From assembly GCA_018062915.1 (NCBI GenBank), contig JAGORH010000017.1:108-64107 (forward strand): 64,000 bases of DNA, read 5' to 3'. Under the pieces are notes generated by a model. The model had not been told where the DNA came from and did not search any database. It was given only the letters and a program-made list of their open reading frames with translations. Of this stretch, positions 11,148-20,500 are shown piece by piece. The translations under genes and the position numbers were made by a program. Positions within the stretch are counted from its first letter, which is position 1. Every line of letters begins with the position of its first letter. The DNA comes from Kofleriaceae bacterium (lineage in GTDB: Bacteria; Myxococcota_A; Polyangia; Haliangiales; Haliangiaceae).

Positions 11148-12608
11148 CTAGCCAAGGTGCTCGATCAGCTTCTCGATCCGCGCGACCACCGCGTCGACCG
11201 CGCGGTCGGCGTCGACCTCGATCGCGCCGAGGCTTCGATAGCCGTCGAGTACGCGGCTTCGGAAGGCGTGGTCGCCGGCCAGTCGCTCCTCCTCGGTGGT
11301 CGCGGCGCCCCGGTCGGCAAGCCGGCCACGGCGAACGGGCTCTGCGAGGGTCAAGAGGACCAGCAGATCGGGGCGCGGGATCTCGGCGGGCCACGCGGCG
11401 ATCGGGCCGTCCTGCTCGGCCGCGGCGAACGCCAGCGTGGACGCCACGCTGCGATCCATCACCACCGCGCGCCCGGCGGCTCGGTGTCGCTCTGCGACCG
11501 CGGCGACCTCGCGATTCGCCGCCAGGTACCAGGCGCGGCGCTCGGCGGGCTCAGCCCGATCCGCCGCCGCTCGCTCGGCGGCGCTCGCCTTGTCCGGGTT
11601 GGTGAGCAGCGCTGCGTCCATGCGCTCGGCGAGCGCGCGCGCGACCGTCGACTTGCCACTGCCGTCGAGACCCTCGATCGCGATCAGCAGCGGAAGGTTC
11701 CCGGTCGCGACCTCGCCGGGCGCGTACTCGCCACCGCGATCCAGGAAGCGCGCCTGGTCGAAGCCGCCGACGTCGGACCACGCCGCCATCACCCCGACCT
11801 CCGGGATCGGGCGGCTGCGCACGTAGCGCCCATCGACCCGCTGATAGAAGCGGCCGAGGGGGTCGACCATCGCGTACGAGCCGTCCATCGCGTCGTTGTC
11901 CTCGGTGACGACCGCGACGCCCTCGGGCGCCCCGGCGCGGGCCCGGGTGACGTAGGCGGCGTACGCGTCCGGGGCGCAGACCAGCGCGGCGGCGTCGTCG
12001 TTCTCGCCCTCGACCAGGAGCATCTGGAACAGCTTGACCTTTTCGGGCCGCACGGCGCGGATCAGGTCACTCGGGTCCTCGTGGGCGTTGCGGTTGGTGA
12101 CGGTGATGTTGAGCTTGAGCCGAAGGCGCCGCGCCGGCGGGCGGAGCGCGTTCCAGCGGTGGACCTGGGCCGCGACCGCGCGCACCTGCGCGACGTGGCC
12201 GCGCGCCATCGAGGTCGCGCGCCGGCCGAGCTCGTGGGTGGTCGCCTCATCGATGCTGTCCACCGACAGCGCCAGCCAGCGGAGGTGAGGGCCGTGGTCG
12301 GCGAGCCAGGTCTCGTCGATGCGCGACGCGTTCGTCACGATCGAGGTCACGAGCCCGACCTCCGACGCGGCGCGTAGCAGCGTCGCCAGGTCGCGATGGA
12401 GCGTCGGCTCGCCGCCGGCGAAGGTCACCCGGCGGACGCCCTGGCCGTGGAGGTCCCGGAGGATCGCCACCAGGACCTCGGGAGCGAGCCGGGGCTGCTG
12501 GCGCTCCTGCTCGAAACGCGCGTAGCAGTACCCGCATTTCATGTTGCAGTGCGCGACCAGGTGGAGGTTGACGGTCGAGGGAAGGTACGTCGCAGAGCGA
12601 GTCGTCAT
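11148..12608 (-). CDS. prokaryotic viperin (radical SAM) fused to thymidylate-kinase-family (CMPK2-like) nucleotide kinase
   Basis: N-terminal: LHLVAHCNMKCGYCYA (CxxxCxxC), GGEPTLH, IVTNASRI, FQMLLVEGEND, each a close match to viperin CNYKCGFC / IVSNGSLI / FQCLLIEGENCG. C-terminal: IAIEGLDGSGKST P-loop, VVMDRSVASTLAF (DR motif) and RPDLLVLLTLAEPVRRGRLADRG lid, typical of the TMPK family. Start ATG 12608 with GGAG 9 nt upstream. Lower-GC promoter-like region 12610-12710. Confidence 0.88.
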   Translation of the reverse strand: MTTRSATYLPSTVNLHLVAHCNMKCGYCYARFEQERQQPRLAPEVLVAILRDLHGQGVRRVTFAGGEPTLHRDLATLLRAASEVGLVTSIVTNASRIDETWLADHGPHLRWLALSVDSIDEATTHELGRRATSMARGHVAQVRAVAAQVHRWNALRPPARRLRLKLNITVTNRNAHEDPSDLIRAVRPEKVKLFQMLLVEGENDDAAALVCAPDAYAAYVTRARAGAPEGVAVVTEDNDAMDGSYAMVDPLGRFYQRVDGRYVRSRPIPEVGVMAAWSDVGGFDQARFLDRGGEYAPGEVATGNLPLLIAIEGLDGSGKSTVARALAERMDAALLTNPDKASAAERAAADRAEPAERRAWYLAANREVAAVAERHRAAGRAVVMDRSVASTLAFAAAEQDGPIAAWPAEIPRPDLLVLLTLAEPVRRGRLADRGAATTEEERLAGDHAFRSRVLDGYRSLGAIEVDADRAVDAVVARIEKLIEHLG

Positions 12609-12709
12609 CGGGGGCTCCTTGCTGGGTTGCGCCCGAATCAGTCGCTGCCCCCCGTTTCGCTTCAGCCGGCCCGTCGATTTCTCGAAGATTTCTGCAAGCG
12701 TGCGATTTG

Positions 12710-14077
12710 TCAGTCGTTTTCGCAGCGAGCGCGGAGCTCTTTCAGCTCGCGGCGCAGGCGTCGATTCATGTTCCCGAACAGGTTGCGCGCCTCTCGTTCC
12801 GCCATGCCGAGGTCCTGGCCAATCTCCGCGTAGCTCATGCCGCGCCATCGCCGCGCCTCGACTTCGCGTTCGAGCGGTCGCATCCGGCATCGCGCCTCGG
12901 TCGCGAGCGCCAAGGTGCGCTGCTCCGCGTCTTCGTCGTCCCGCCAGGTACACGGATCCGCGGGCCGCTCGTCCAGATCACTGCACACGCTCATGCGGCT
13001 CCCGTGTCGGGCCAGGCGCTTGGCGTTGTTGCGCGCGACCTGCAGGAAGTACGCCTGTGGCGTGTCGACCGGTGGACGTCGATGGCAGGTCGCCACCAGC
13101 GCATCGGCGGCCGCGTCGTGACATTCATCGCCGCACCCGTAGGTGCGTTCGAGCGACCGCACGGTCGTGCGGAAGGGCTCCCCGGCCAGGTCTTCGAAGC
13201 ACCGCTGCTCGTCGCGTACCTCGGAACCAGGGAGCTCGGTGCACGCCGGCGCGGCGTCCTCGTCGCGGGCCGTTTCGGGCGCGACCTCCCCCGCGGCCAG
13301 ACACAACACGGTCGGCGCGGCGTCGAAGACGCCATCGGGGCCGTCGACCCGCGCCAGCTCGAGCTCGTCAGCCAGCGCCTCCACGGGTGGGCCCCACAGT
13401 CGACGTTCGTGGGCGACCAGCCCCGCCAATCCGAGCAGCGCGAACGCGGCGGTCGCAAACCCGGCGCGGTAGGTAGAGCGTCGGCCCCACGTCCGCGCCC
13501 GGCGGGCGAGGCCCCAGGTGCCGTGCCACACCAGCACGGCGCCGTAGAGCCCGAGGTAGGTCACCGCGGCCGAAACCAAGATCGTGGCCAGGGGGTACGG
13601 AAAGTAGGCCGACCGCGGGAGCGCGGCGGCGGTCGACAAGCCCGCGGAGACCGTCAGAGCGATGAGGGTCGCGGTCGCGTGGTCGGCGTCTTCCTCGAGC
13701 TCGGCATCGAACTCGGCCGGGCGAGTGAACAGCGCCGCGATCGCGAGCAGGCCGCCCAGGCCGACCCCGATCGCGGCGGCCACCGGCAAGGTCGTGGGCT
13801 CGAGCGCGCCCGCGTGGGTCAAGCCGAGCCCGGCCAAGGCGAGCCCGCCGCACACCACCGCGGCCCACACGACGATCAGGGCGGGCGCGCCCACGACCAC
13901 GACGAAGAGCGCCAAGGAGCCGTCGAGGGCCACGCGCATCGGCGCGGTCAATGGGTGCTCGGATGGCGCCGGAGTGGCGTCATCGGCTCGCACGATCGTC
14001 GTGTCTTGCGGTGCGACGACGTCCTCGGTCTGGGTGAGATCTTCGAGCGTCGTAGCCGGCCCCGTTGGCTCCGCCAT
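12710..14077 (-). CDS. polytopic membrane protein with C-terminal ECF-sigma-like (sigma70 region 2.4 + region 4 HTH) domain
   Basis: Residues ~45-230 form 5-6 hydrophobic helices. C-terminus has 'AYFLQVARNNAKRL' (ECF region 2-like) and 'RWRGMSYAEIGQDLGMAEREARNLFGNMNRRLRREL' (region 4 HTH). No stop between the modules, so fused or mis-resolved. Plus-ORF 12707..14734 rejected. Confidence 0.5.
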   Translation of the reverse strand: MAEPTGPATTLEDLTQTEDVVAPQDTTIVRADDATPAPSEHPLTAPMRVALDGSLALFVVVVGAPALIVVWAAVVCGGLALAGLGLTHAGALEPTTLPVAAAIGVGLGGLLAIAALFTRPAEFDAELEEDADHATATLIALTVSAGLSTAAALPRSAYFPYPLATILVSAAVTYLGLYGAVLVWHGTWGLARRARTWGRRSTYRAGFATAAFALLGLAGLVAHERRLWGPPVEALADELELARVDGPDGVFDAAPTVLCLAAGEVAPETARDEDAAPACTELPGSEVRDEQRCFEDLAGEPFRTTVRSLERTYGCGDECHDAAADALVATCHRRPPVDTPQAYFLQVARNNAKRLARHGSRMSVCSDLDERPADPCTWRDDEDAEQRTLALATEARCRMRPLEREVEARRWRGMSYAEIGQDLGMAEREARNLFGNMNRRLRRELKELRARCEND

Positions 14078-14177
14078 CGGGCCATCCTAGCGCCGACGGG
14101 AAGGCCTCAGAATCACCCCGGTTCGGTGAGGCGCCGCGTTCGATGGCGTGGTCGCGCTGCGGTAGAGTGTCGGGCCG

Positions 14178-14723
14178 ATGGCCGCCCGCGTCTCGCTCCG
14201 CACCGCGACCCACGACGACGTCGACGCGCTGGTGGCGCTGGTCGAGTCGGCGTATCGCGGCGACGCGAGCCGCGTCGGGTGGACGACGGAGGCCGAGCTC
14301 TTGGGCGGGCAGCGGACCGACGCGCGCGAGGTCCGGGCCTGTCTCGAGCGCCCGCAGAGTCAGATCGTCGTGGCCGAGGACGGTGGCCGGCTGGTCGGGT
14401 GCGCCCACCTCTGCGTCGAGGATGGCGCCGGCTACTTCGGCATGTTCGCGGTCACGCCGACGGGGCAGGGCGCCGGCGTCGGCAGCGAGGTCCTGGCCGA
14501 GGCCGAGCGGCGGGTCCGCGACGACTGGGGGCTCGCGAGCCTGCGCATGACCGTGATCGACGTGCGCGTCGAGCTGATCGCGTACTACCAGCGCCGCGGC
14601 TACGTGCGAACCGGCCTCCACAAGCCGTTTCCGTACGGCGATCCGCGCTTCGGCGAGCCCAAGCGCCCCGACCTGCGCTTCGAGATCCTGGAGAAGGTCC
14701 TGGCGCCCGGCGCGCCGTGACCG
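14178..14723 (+). CDS. GNAT family N-acetyltransferase
   Basis: 180 aa with Q/RxxGxG/A-type acetyl-CoA binding segment (GQGAGVGSEVL). Typical GNAT length. Confidence 0.75.
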
Positions 14724-14864
14724 AGAGGCCCTGACCGCGGCGAGCCGGATCGCCGGGTCGCTGCTACAAACGACCATGGACGACTGCGATCACGACGGCG
14801 CCGATGACCGCGGCCGAGCTTCGCGAGCCACGCCCGAGGCGAACGCGGCGAAGCGGGCCTGCCC

Positions 14865-15722
14865 ATGATCGCGAACCTCGTGGCGGTGCTGGTCGCGGCC
14901 GGGGTCGCGGTCGCCGGTAGCCAGGGCGGCGCCCAGGTCGGCGCGGTGCCGGTGTTCGCGCTGTGTGTCGGCCTGGCGTTCGTCGTCCAGTGGCTGGCCT
15001 TCGTGCCGGCGTACCTGCGGCAGACCGAGCGGTTCTACGATCTGGTGGGCAGCGCCACCTACGTGTCGTTGACCGCGCTCGCGGTCAGCCTCGGGCCACC
15101 CGCCGACGCCCGGGCGATCGTGCTGCTGCTCCTGGTCACGCTGTGGGCCGCCCGCCTCGGCAGCTACCTGGTGCGGCGGATCCACAAGGCCGGCAAGGAC
15201 GATCGCTTCGACGCGATCAAGCCGTCGTTCGTCCGGTTCCTGACCGCGTGGACGGTGCAAGGCCTGTGGGTCAGCCTGACGCTGGCGGCGGCGCTGGCGG
15301 CGATCACGACCCGGGTCCGTGCGCCCCTCGACGCGGTGGCGCACCTCGGGATCGCGGTGTGGCTGGTCGGGTTCGCGCTCGAGGCGATCGCCGACCACCA
15401 GAAGAGCCGCTTCCGCGCCGATCCCGCCAACCGCGGTCGGTTCATCCAGGACGGGCTGTGGGCGTGGTCGCGCCATCCCAACTACTTCGGCGAGATCGTG
15501 CTGTGGGTCGGCGTCGCGATGATCGCCGCGCCGGTCTTGCGCGACTGGCAGTGGGTGACGCTGGTGTCGCCGGTGTTCGTCACCGTGCTGCTCACCCGGG
15601 TCAGCGGCGTCCCGCTCCTCGAGAAGAAGGCCGACGCGACCTGGGGCGGCCAGCCGGCCTACGAGGCCTACAAGGCCGCGACCCCGGTGCTGGTACCGCG
15701 ACCGCCGCGCGCGCGGTAGCCG
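14865..15722 (+). CDS. DUF1295 / steroid 5-alpha-reductase-like membrane protein
   Basis: Multiple TM helices. C-terminal 'WSRHPNYFGE' motif characteristic of the 3-oxo-5-alpha-steroid 4-dehydrogenase / DUF1295 / ICMT-like family. Confidence 0.75.
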
Positions 15723-15917
15723 CGGACGCGATCGGACGGCTGGCCCGACCGATCCCAGCCGCGGGTGTGGCTCGACGGCGGCGGCCGACGCTGCGACGAT
15801 GCGGTCTGGGGCACGGCGATCACCGGATTGGCTGCCTGGGATACAGACGGTTTTCGGTTTAATCGATTTCAAGTGGTTCTTCTGGACATCGGTCAGAGAA
15901 ACGCTTAGTGATTTTCG

Positions 15918-17540
15918 GTGCCCGCGGCGAAGCGCACCTGGACCCAGGCCTTCGGCCGGACGGGCGACCAGGGCAACGCGCTGACCGCGCCGCTGTCGCC
16001 GAGCAACACCTACGTCGCGTACCTGTCGCGCCTCGAGCCCCTCGACAGCGGCGACGTCACCGCGATGTTCGAGATGGTCACGCTCGAATGGGCGAGCAAC
16101 GCCGCCAATAGCGCGCAAGAGGTGATCGCGGCGGCGCCCGATGGACCGGCGACGATGTGGTCGATCGCCGCGGTCGCGCCGTCGACGTTCCAGGCGGCGC
16201 TGGGCGTGACCGACCCCGATCTGGTCGCCGAGGGCGTGTGGTTCCTCCTGACCTTCACGATGGTCTCGTCGCTGCTCGAGGATCCGGCCGGCGGCGAGCT
16301 GGCCGGGGATCTGACCGACGCGCTCTACCCGTTCGCGCCGACCTCCGCCAGCTACGGCACCTACGAGCTGACCCAGGGCCAGTGCCTGTTCGCTCCCGAC
16401 GTCCAGGACGACGGTACCGCGCGGCTGAGCGAGCCCGACCCGGCGTCCTTTCGCGCGTTCTTGACCCTGACCGACGCCGAGAAGAAGTTGTTGCGGCAGC
16501 TGCTCCAGGGGTACGGCGCGCTGGTCGCGGCGCTGGCCCAGCCCGGGACGATGCCGCCACCGCCGCCGCCGTTGCCGCCGCCGATCGGGCCGGGGCCGAC
16601 GGTGGTCGCGATCGGCGTGATGGACATCGGCGCCGGGAGCTGCAACCTCCTGTTCACCAAGAACAGCGCCGGCCAACTCGAGCCGCTGGTGTATCTCGAC
16701 GTCGGCCGCCCGTATAACGCGTTCAAGAACACCGAGCCCGGGAACCTCGACGCCGACCCGAAGAGGACCAACAGCGGACCGATCCTGCAGAACGCGTCTG
16801 GCACGTTGTCGGTGGTGTTGACCCACTGGGATCAGGACCACCTGCTGCTCGGGCTGACGCCCGGCCTGGCGACCTTGCCCTGGCTGGCGCCGACCCAGTC
16901 CTACGGGCCGGGCACGACCAAGCTGGTCGCCGGGCTCACGCGGATCACCCGGCTGCCCACCGGCTTCGGCTCGCGCGACTTCGGCAGCTACAAGCTCGTC
17001 GAGGTCTCCCTCGGGCGGCCGAAGAAGAAGGGCAAGGACCCCGAGTTTCAGAACAACTCGGGGCTGGCGATGCTGGTGCCGCTGTGGTTTCCCACCGACG
17101 AGCTGCAGCCGCACCAGTGCCTGCTCCCGGGCGACGCGTCGATCGGCAACCTCGGCGGGCCGCCGCTCAGCGACGTCACGGCCTACACCGCGGTCCACCA
17201 CGGCGCGAACACCTTCAAGGCGACGGAGAACCTGCCGACCCCGGTCGTGACCCCAGGGGTGGTCGCGTTCTCGTACGGGATCCGGACCTCGCCCAAGCCG
17301 ACCGCGAACAATCAGCACGGCTACAACCACCCGACCCAGGCGTCGATCGCCGCCAACCGAACCGCGGGATGGACGCGGCAGGTGGCGACCGCCGAGACCA
17401 AGGTGGTGAACGGCGCGATGCCCGAGCGCAATGGCGCGCGCGGCAACCTCCTCATCGGCCAGCCCCTCGACGTCGCGCCGGCCTACGCGACGACCGCGTT
17501 CGCCGTCTACGTCACCAAGCTCACCTCGGGGCAGCCGTGA
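15918..17540 (+). CDS. giant-protein operon gene 1: hypothetical protein with poly-Pro linker and possible MBL/ComEC-like fold
   Basis: GTG start after an AT-richer promoter-like stretch (15840-15917). No signal peptide. PPPPPPLPPPIGPGP linker. 'VLTHWDQDH' and 'AVHHGANT' resemble MBL-fold (ComEC/Rec2-type) metal-binding motifs. Stop overlaps the next gene's start (GTGA). Confidence 0.6.
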   Translation: MPAAKRTWTQAFGRTGDQGNALTAPLSPSNTYVAYLSRLEPLDSGDVTAMFEMVTLEWASNAANSAQEVIAAAPDGPATMWSIAAVAPSTFQAALGVTDPDLVAEGVWFLLTFTMVSSLLEDPAGGELAGDLTDALYPFAPTSASYGTYELTQGQCLFAPDVQDDGTARLSEPDPASFRAFLTLTDAEKKLLRQLLQGYGALVAALAQPGTMPPPPPPLPPPIGPGPTVVAIGVMDIGAGSCNLLFTKNSAGQLEPLVYLDVGRPYNAFKNTEPGNLDADPKRTNSGPILQNASGTLSVVLTHWDQDHLLLGLTPGLATLPWLAPTQSYGPGTTKLVAGLTRITRLPTGFGSRDFGSYKLVEVSLGRPKKKGKDPEFQNNSGLAMLVPLWFPTDELQPHQCLLPGDASIGNLGGPPLSDVTAYTAVHHGANTFKATENLPTPVVTPGVVAFSYGIRTSPKPTANNQHGYNHPTQASIAANRTAGWTRQVATAETKVVNGAMPERNGARGNLLIGQPLDVAPAYATTAFAVYVTKLTSGQP

Positions 17541-20500
17541 CCGCGGGCCCGCCGACGACCGCGGTCGCCAGCCCGATCTCCGATCTCGCCGGCGTGACCG
17601 CGTGGCTCGAGACCGTCGCGGTCGGCGACGTCGTCGCGGTCGGGTCGAGTCAGTTCGCGGCGCCGCTGGTGGCGGCGGTGTTCGCGCTCTTGCCCGATGG
17701 CGATCCGTCGACGGTGACGGTCACCGCGGTCGACGCCGCCGCCGCGACCTTGCGCGGCACCGGCGACCTGGTCGGCGTCGACGGTTCGACCGCGTGCTTC
17801 ACCTGGAGCACGGCGGGTTCGGCGCTGGCCTTGACCCTCGAGATCGCGCTGCCGCCGACGACCGAGTGGGACCTGGTCGAGGCGCTCAAGGTGACGTTCC
17901 ACGATCTGGTGGGGACCTTCACGCCCAACCCGACCGCCAACACCGTCGGCCTGCGGTTCAAGGCCAAGCTCAAGGTCGGCGACCTGAAGGCGTTCCCGGT
18001 CGAGTTCGTGGTGCCCAGCCTCGACACCGACTGGACCCTCCTGGCCGAGCCCGGGTCCCTGGGCGCCCTCGACGGCGACGCGCTCACCGCGCTGGCCGGG
18101 GGCCACGACCCGCTGGCGATCCTCGGCGGCCAGTTCGACCTGGCCGATCTGTCGCTGACCCGGGTCGAGATGGCGCTGCGGCCGCCGACCGCGCTCACGA
18201 TGGTCGGGCTCGGGCTCGCCTACGCGCCGCCGTCGCCGTGGACCTTGTTCGGCGGGCGGTTCCAGATCGATGAGGTCAGCTTCGACGTCCGGGTCTTCCA
18301 GCCGTTCACGACGCCGACGCTGCAGGCCGAGCTGACGGCGACGATGAGCCTGCCCGGGATCGACCTGACCTTCGACGTCGGCGGCGTGTACCCAGATCAG
18401 CTCCTGTTCGCCGGGCTGCCGCCGGGCCAGCAGCTCGACCTGACCGCGGCCATGACCGCGCTGGGCGCGACCCTGCCGGCCGGGTTTCCGACGATCTCGC
18501 TCGACACGCTCTTGTTCAAGTTCTGGGTCGTGGCCGAGAAGGTGACCTTCGAGATCGGCATCGCGCAGCCGTTCGCGATCATCGGCGAGCTCGAGCTCGA
18601 CGCGTTCTTCTTCGATCTCCAGGTCGACTGGAGCGGCGCGACGCCGTCGGTGGTCGGGCTCCTCACCACCACCGTAGGGTTCGGCACGACCCGCCTGACC
18701 CTGGCTGGCAGCTATGACGCCGGCGGCTTGAGCCTGTCCGGTGGGTTGACCGACGTGGATCTGGGCGCGCTGGTCACGGCGCTGGCGGCGAAGTTCACCT
18801 GGACCGCGCCGGCGGCGCTGACCAACCTCGAGCTCGCGTCCTTGACCGTCGCGCTCACCACCGGCGCGGCGGCCAGCTTCGACTTCACCCTGGTCGGCTC
18901 GACGACGGTGGCCGGGGTCGCGGCCTCGCTGTCGGTCGTCGTCCACCAGGCCTTCGACGCTCAGGCCAACCGCTGGGACGGCACCGCGACCGGCACGTTG
19001 ACCGTCGGCGCGCTGACCTTCACCGTGACCTTCGATGACGGGCCTGGCGTCGAGCGCCTTACGGCGACCTACGTCGGCGATGACCTCGGCCTCGACGACG
19101 TGATCGCGGCCTTTGGCCTCGCCGCGCTACCGCCGATCCCGCCGGCGCTCGACCTGGCGCTGACCTCGGCGGGGTTAGTCTACGACTTCACCACCGGCGA
19201 GCTCGGGCTGTTCGCGCAGTCGGCCCGCTACGGCGCGCTGGCCCTGGCCTCGCCGATGATCGCCGGCGCGCGGCAGTACCTGGTCGTTCTCGCCACCGAC
19301 GTCACGGTGGCGCTGGCCGACCTGCCGCTCATCGGCGCCGACCTGGCGCGGATCGAGGCCATCACCGTCGACGACCTGGTGGTGACGGCGACCTCGCTGC
19401 CCAGCATCCCGCCCACCGCGGTGGCGCCGTTCGCGGCGGTCCTGGCGCTCCTGCCGGCGGGGACGCCGGCGGTGCCGGCGGCCGGCGTGCCGGCGCCGCT
19501 CGTGGTCCAGGCCACCGTGCACTTCGGCACGCAGGCCCTGCCCCTGGCGGTCAGCCTGGGTGCGCCGCTGGCGCCGTCGAGTACCGGTGCGCGCGCGCTG
19601 GCGACGGCCGGGGCCAGCGCCGGGCCGGTGACCGCGGCCACCAGCGCCGACGGCGCGACCTGGTACACCGTCGAGCAGGCCTTCGGTCCGGTGACCCTCG
19701 GGCAGATCGGCGTCGCCTATCAGTCGACCACCCAGAGCGTCTGGTTCGAGCTCGACGCCAGCCTGGCGCTCGGCCCGCTGGCGGTCGCGCTGACCGGCCT
19801 GGGCATCGGCTCGCCCCTCGAGAGCTTCGCGCCGCAGTTCACGCTCGGCGGGTTGACCGTGGACTATCAGACCGGGCCGCTGACGATCGCCGGCACGCTG
19901 GTCAACCTGCAGCCGCCGGGCGCGCCCGGGCTGGCCTTCGCGGGCGGGCTGACGCTCGGCGCCGACGAGCTGACGCTGACGGCCTTTGGCTACTACGGCG
20001 ACGGCGCCGGGTTCCCGTCGCTGTTCGTGTTCGCCGACCTGGCCTACGACCTGGGCGGGCCGCCGGCGCTGTTCGTCACCGGGCTCGCCCTCGGGTTCGG
20101 CTACAACAGCGCGCTGGCGGCGCCGACCCTGGCCCAGGTCCCGACCTTTCCCCTCCTCGCGGCGCTCGACGGCGCATCGCCGCTCGGGCCGACCACGCCG
20201 CCGCTCCAGGCCCTCGACGCGCTCCTGACCGCGCCCCCCGGCGGCGGCCCGGCGTGGGTCACGGCGACGCCGGGCGCGCTGTGGCTGGCCGCCGGCGTGA
20301 CCTTCACCAGCTTCGGCCTGGTGGCGTCGCGGGTGATGCTGGTGGTCGAGCTCGGCGCCGCGCTGGCGATCGAGGTGCTCGGGACCTCGACCGCGCAGTT
20401 CCCGCAGCCCGGCGATGGCGACGTCCGCTACGCCTTCGTCGAGCTCGAACTCCTTGCCCAGCTCGACCCCGCGGCCGGCGTGTTCTCGGTCCAGGCCCAG

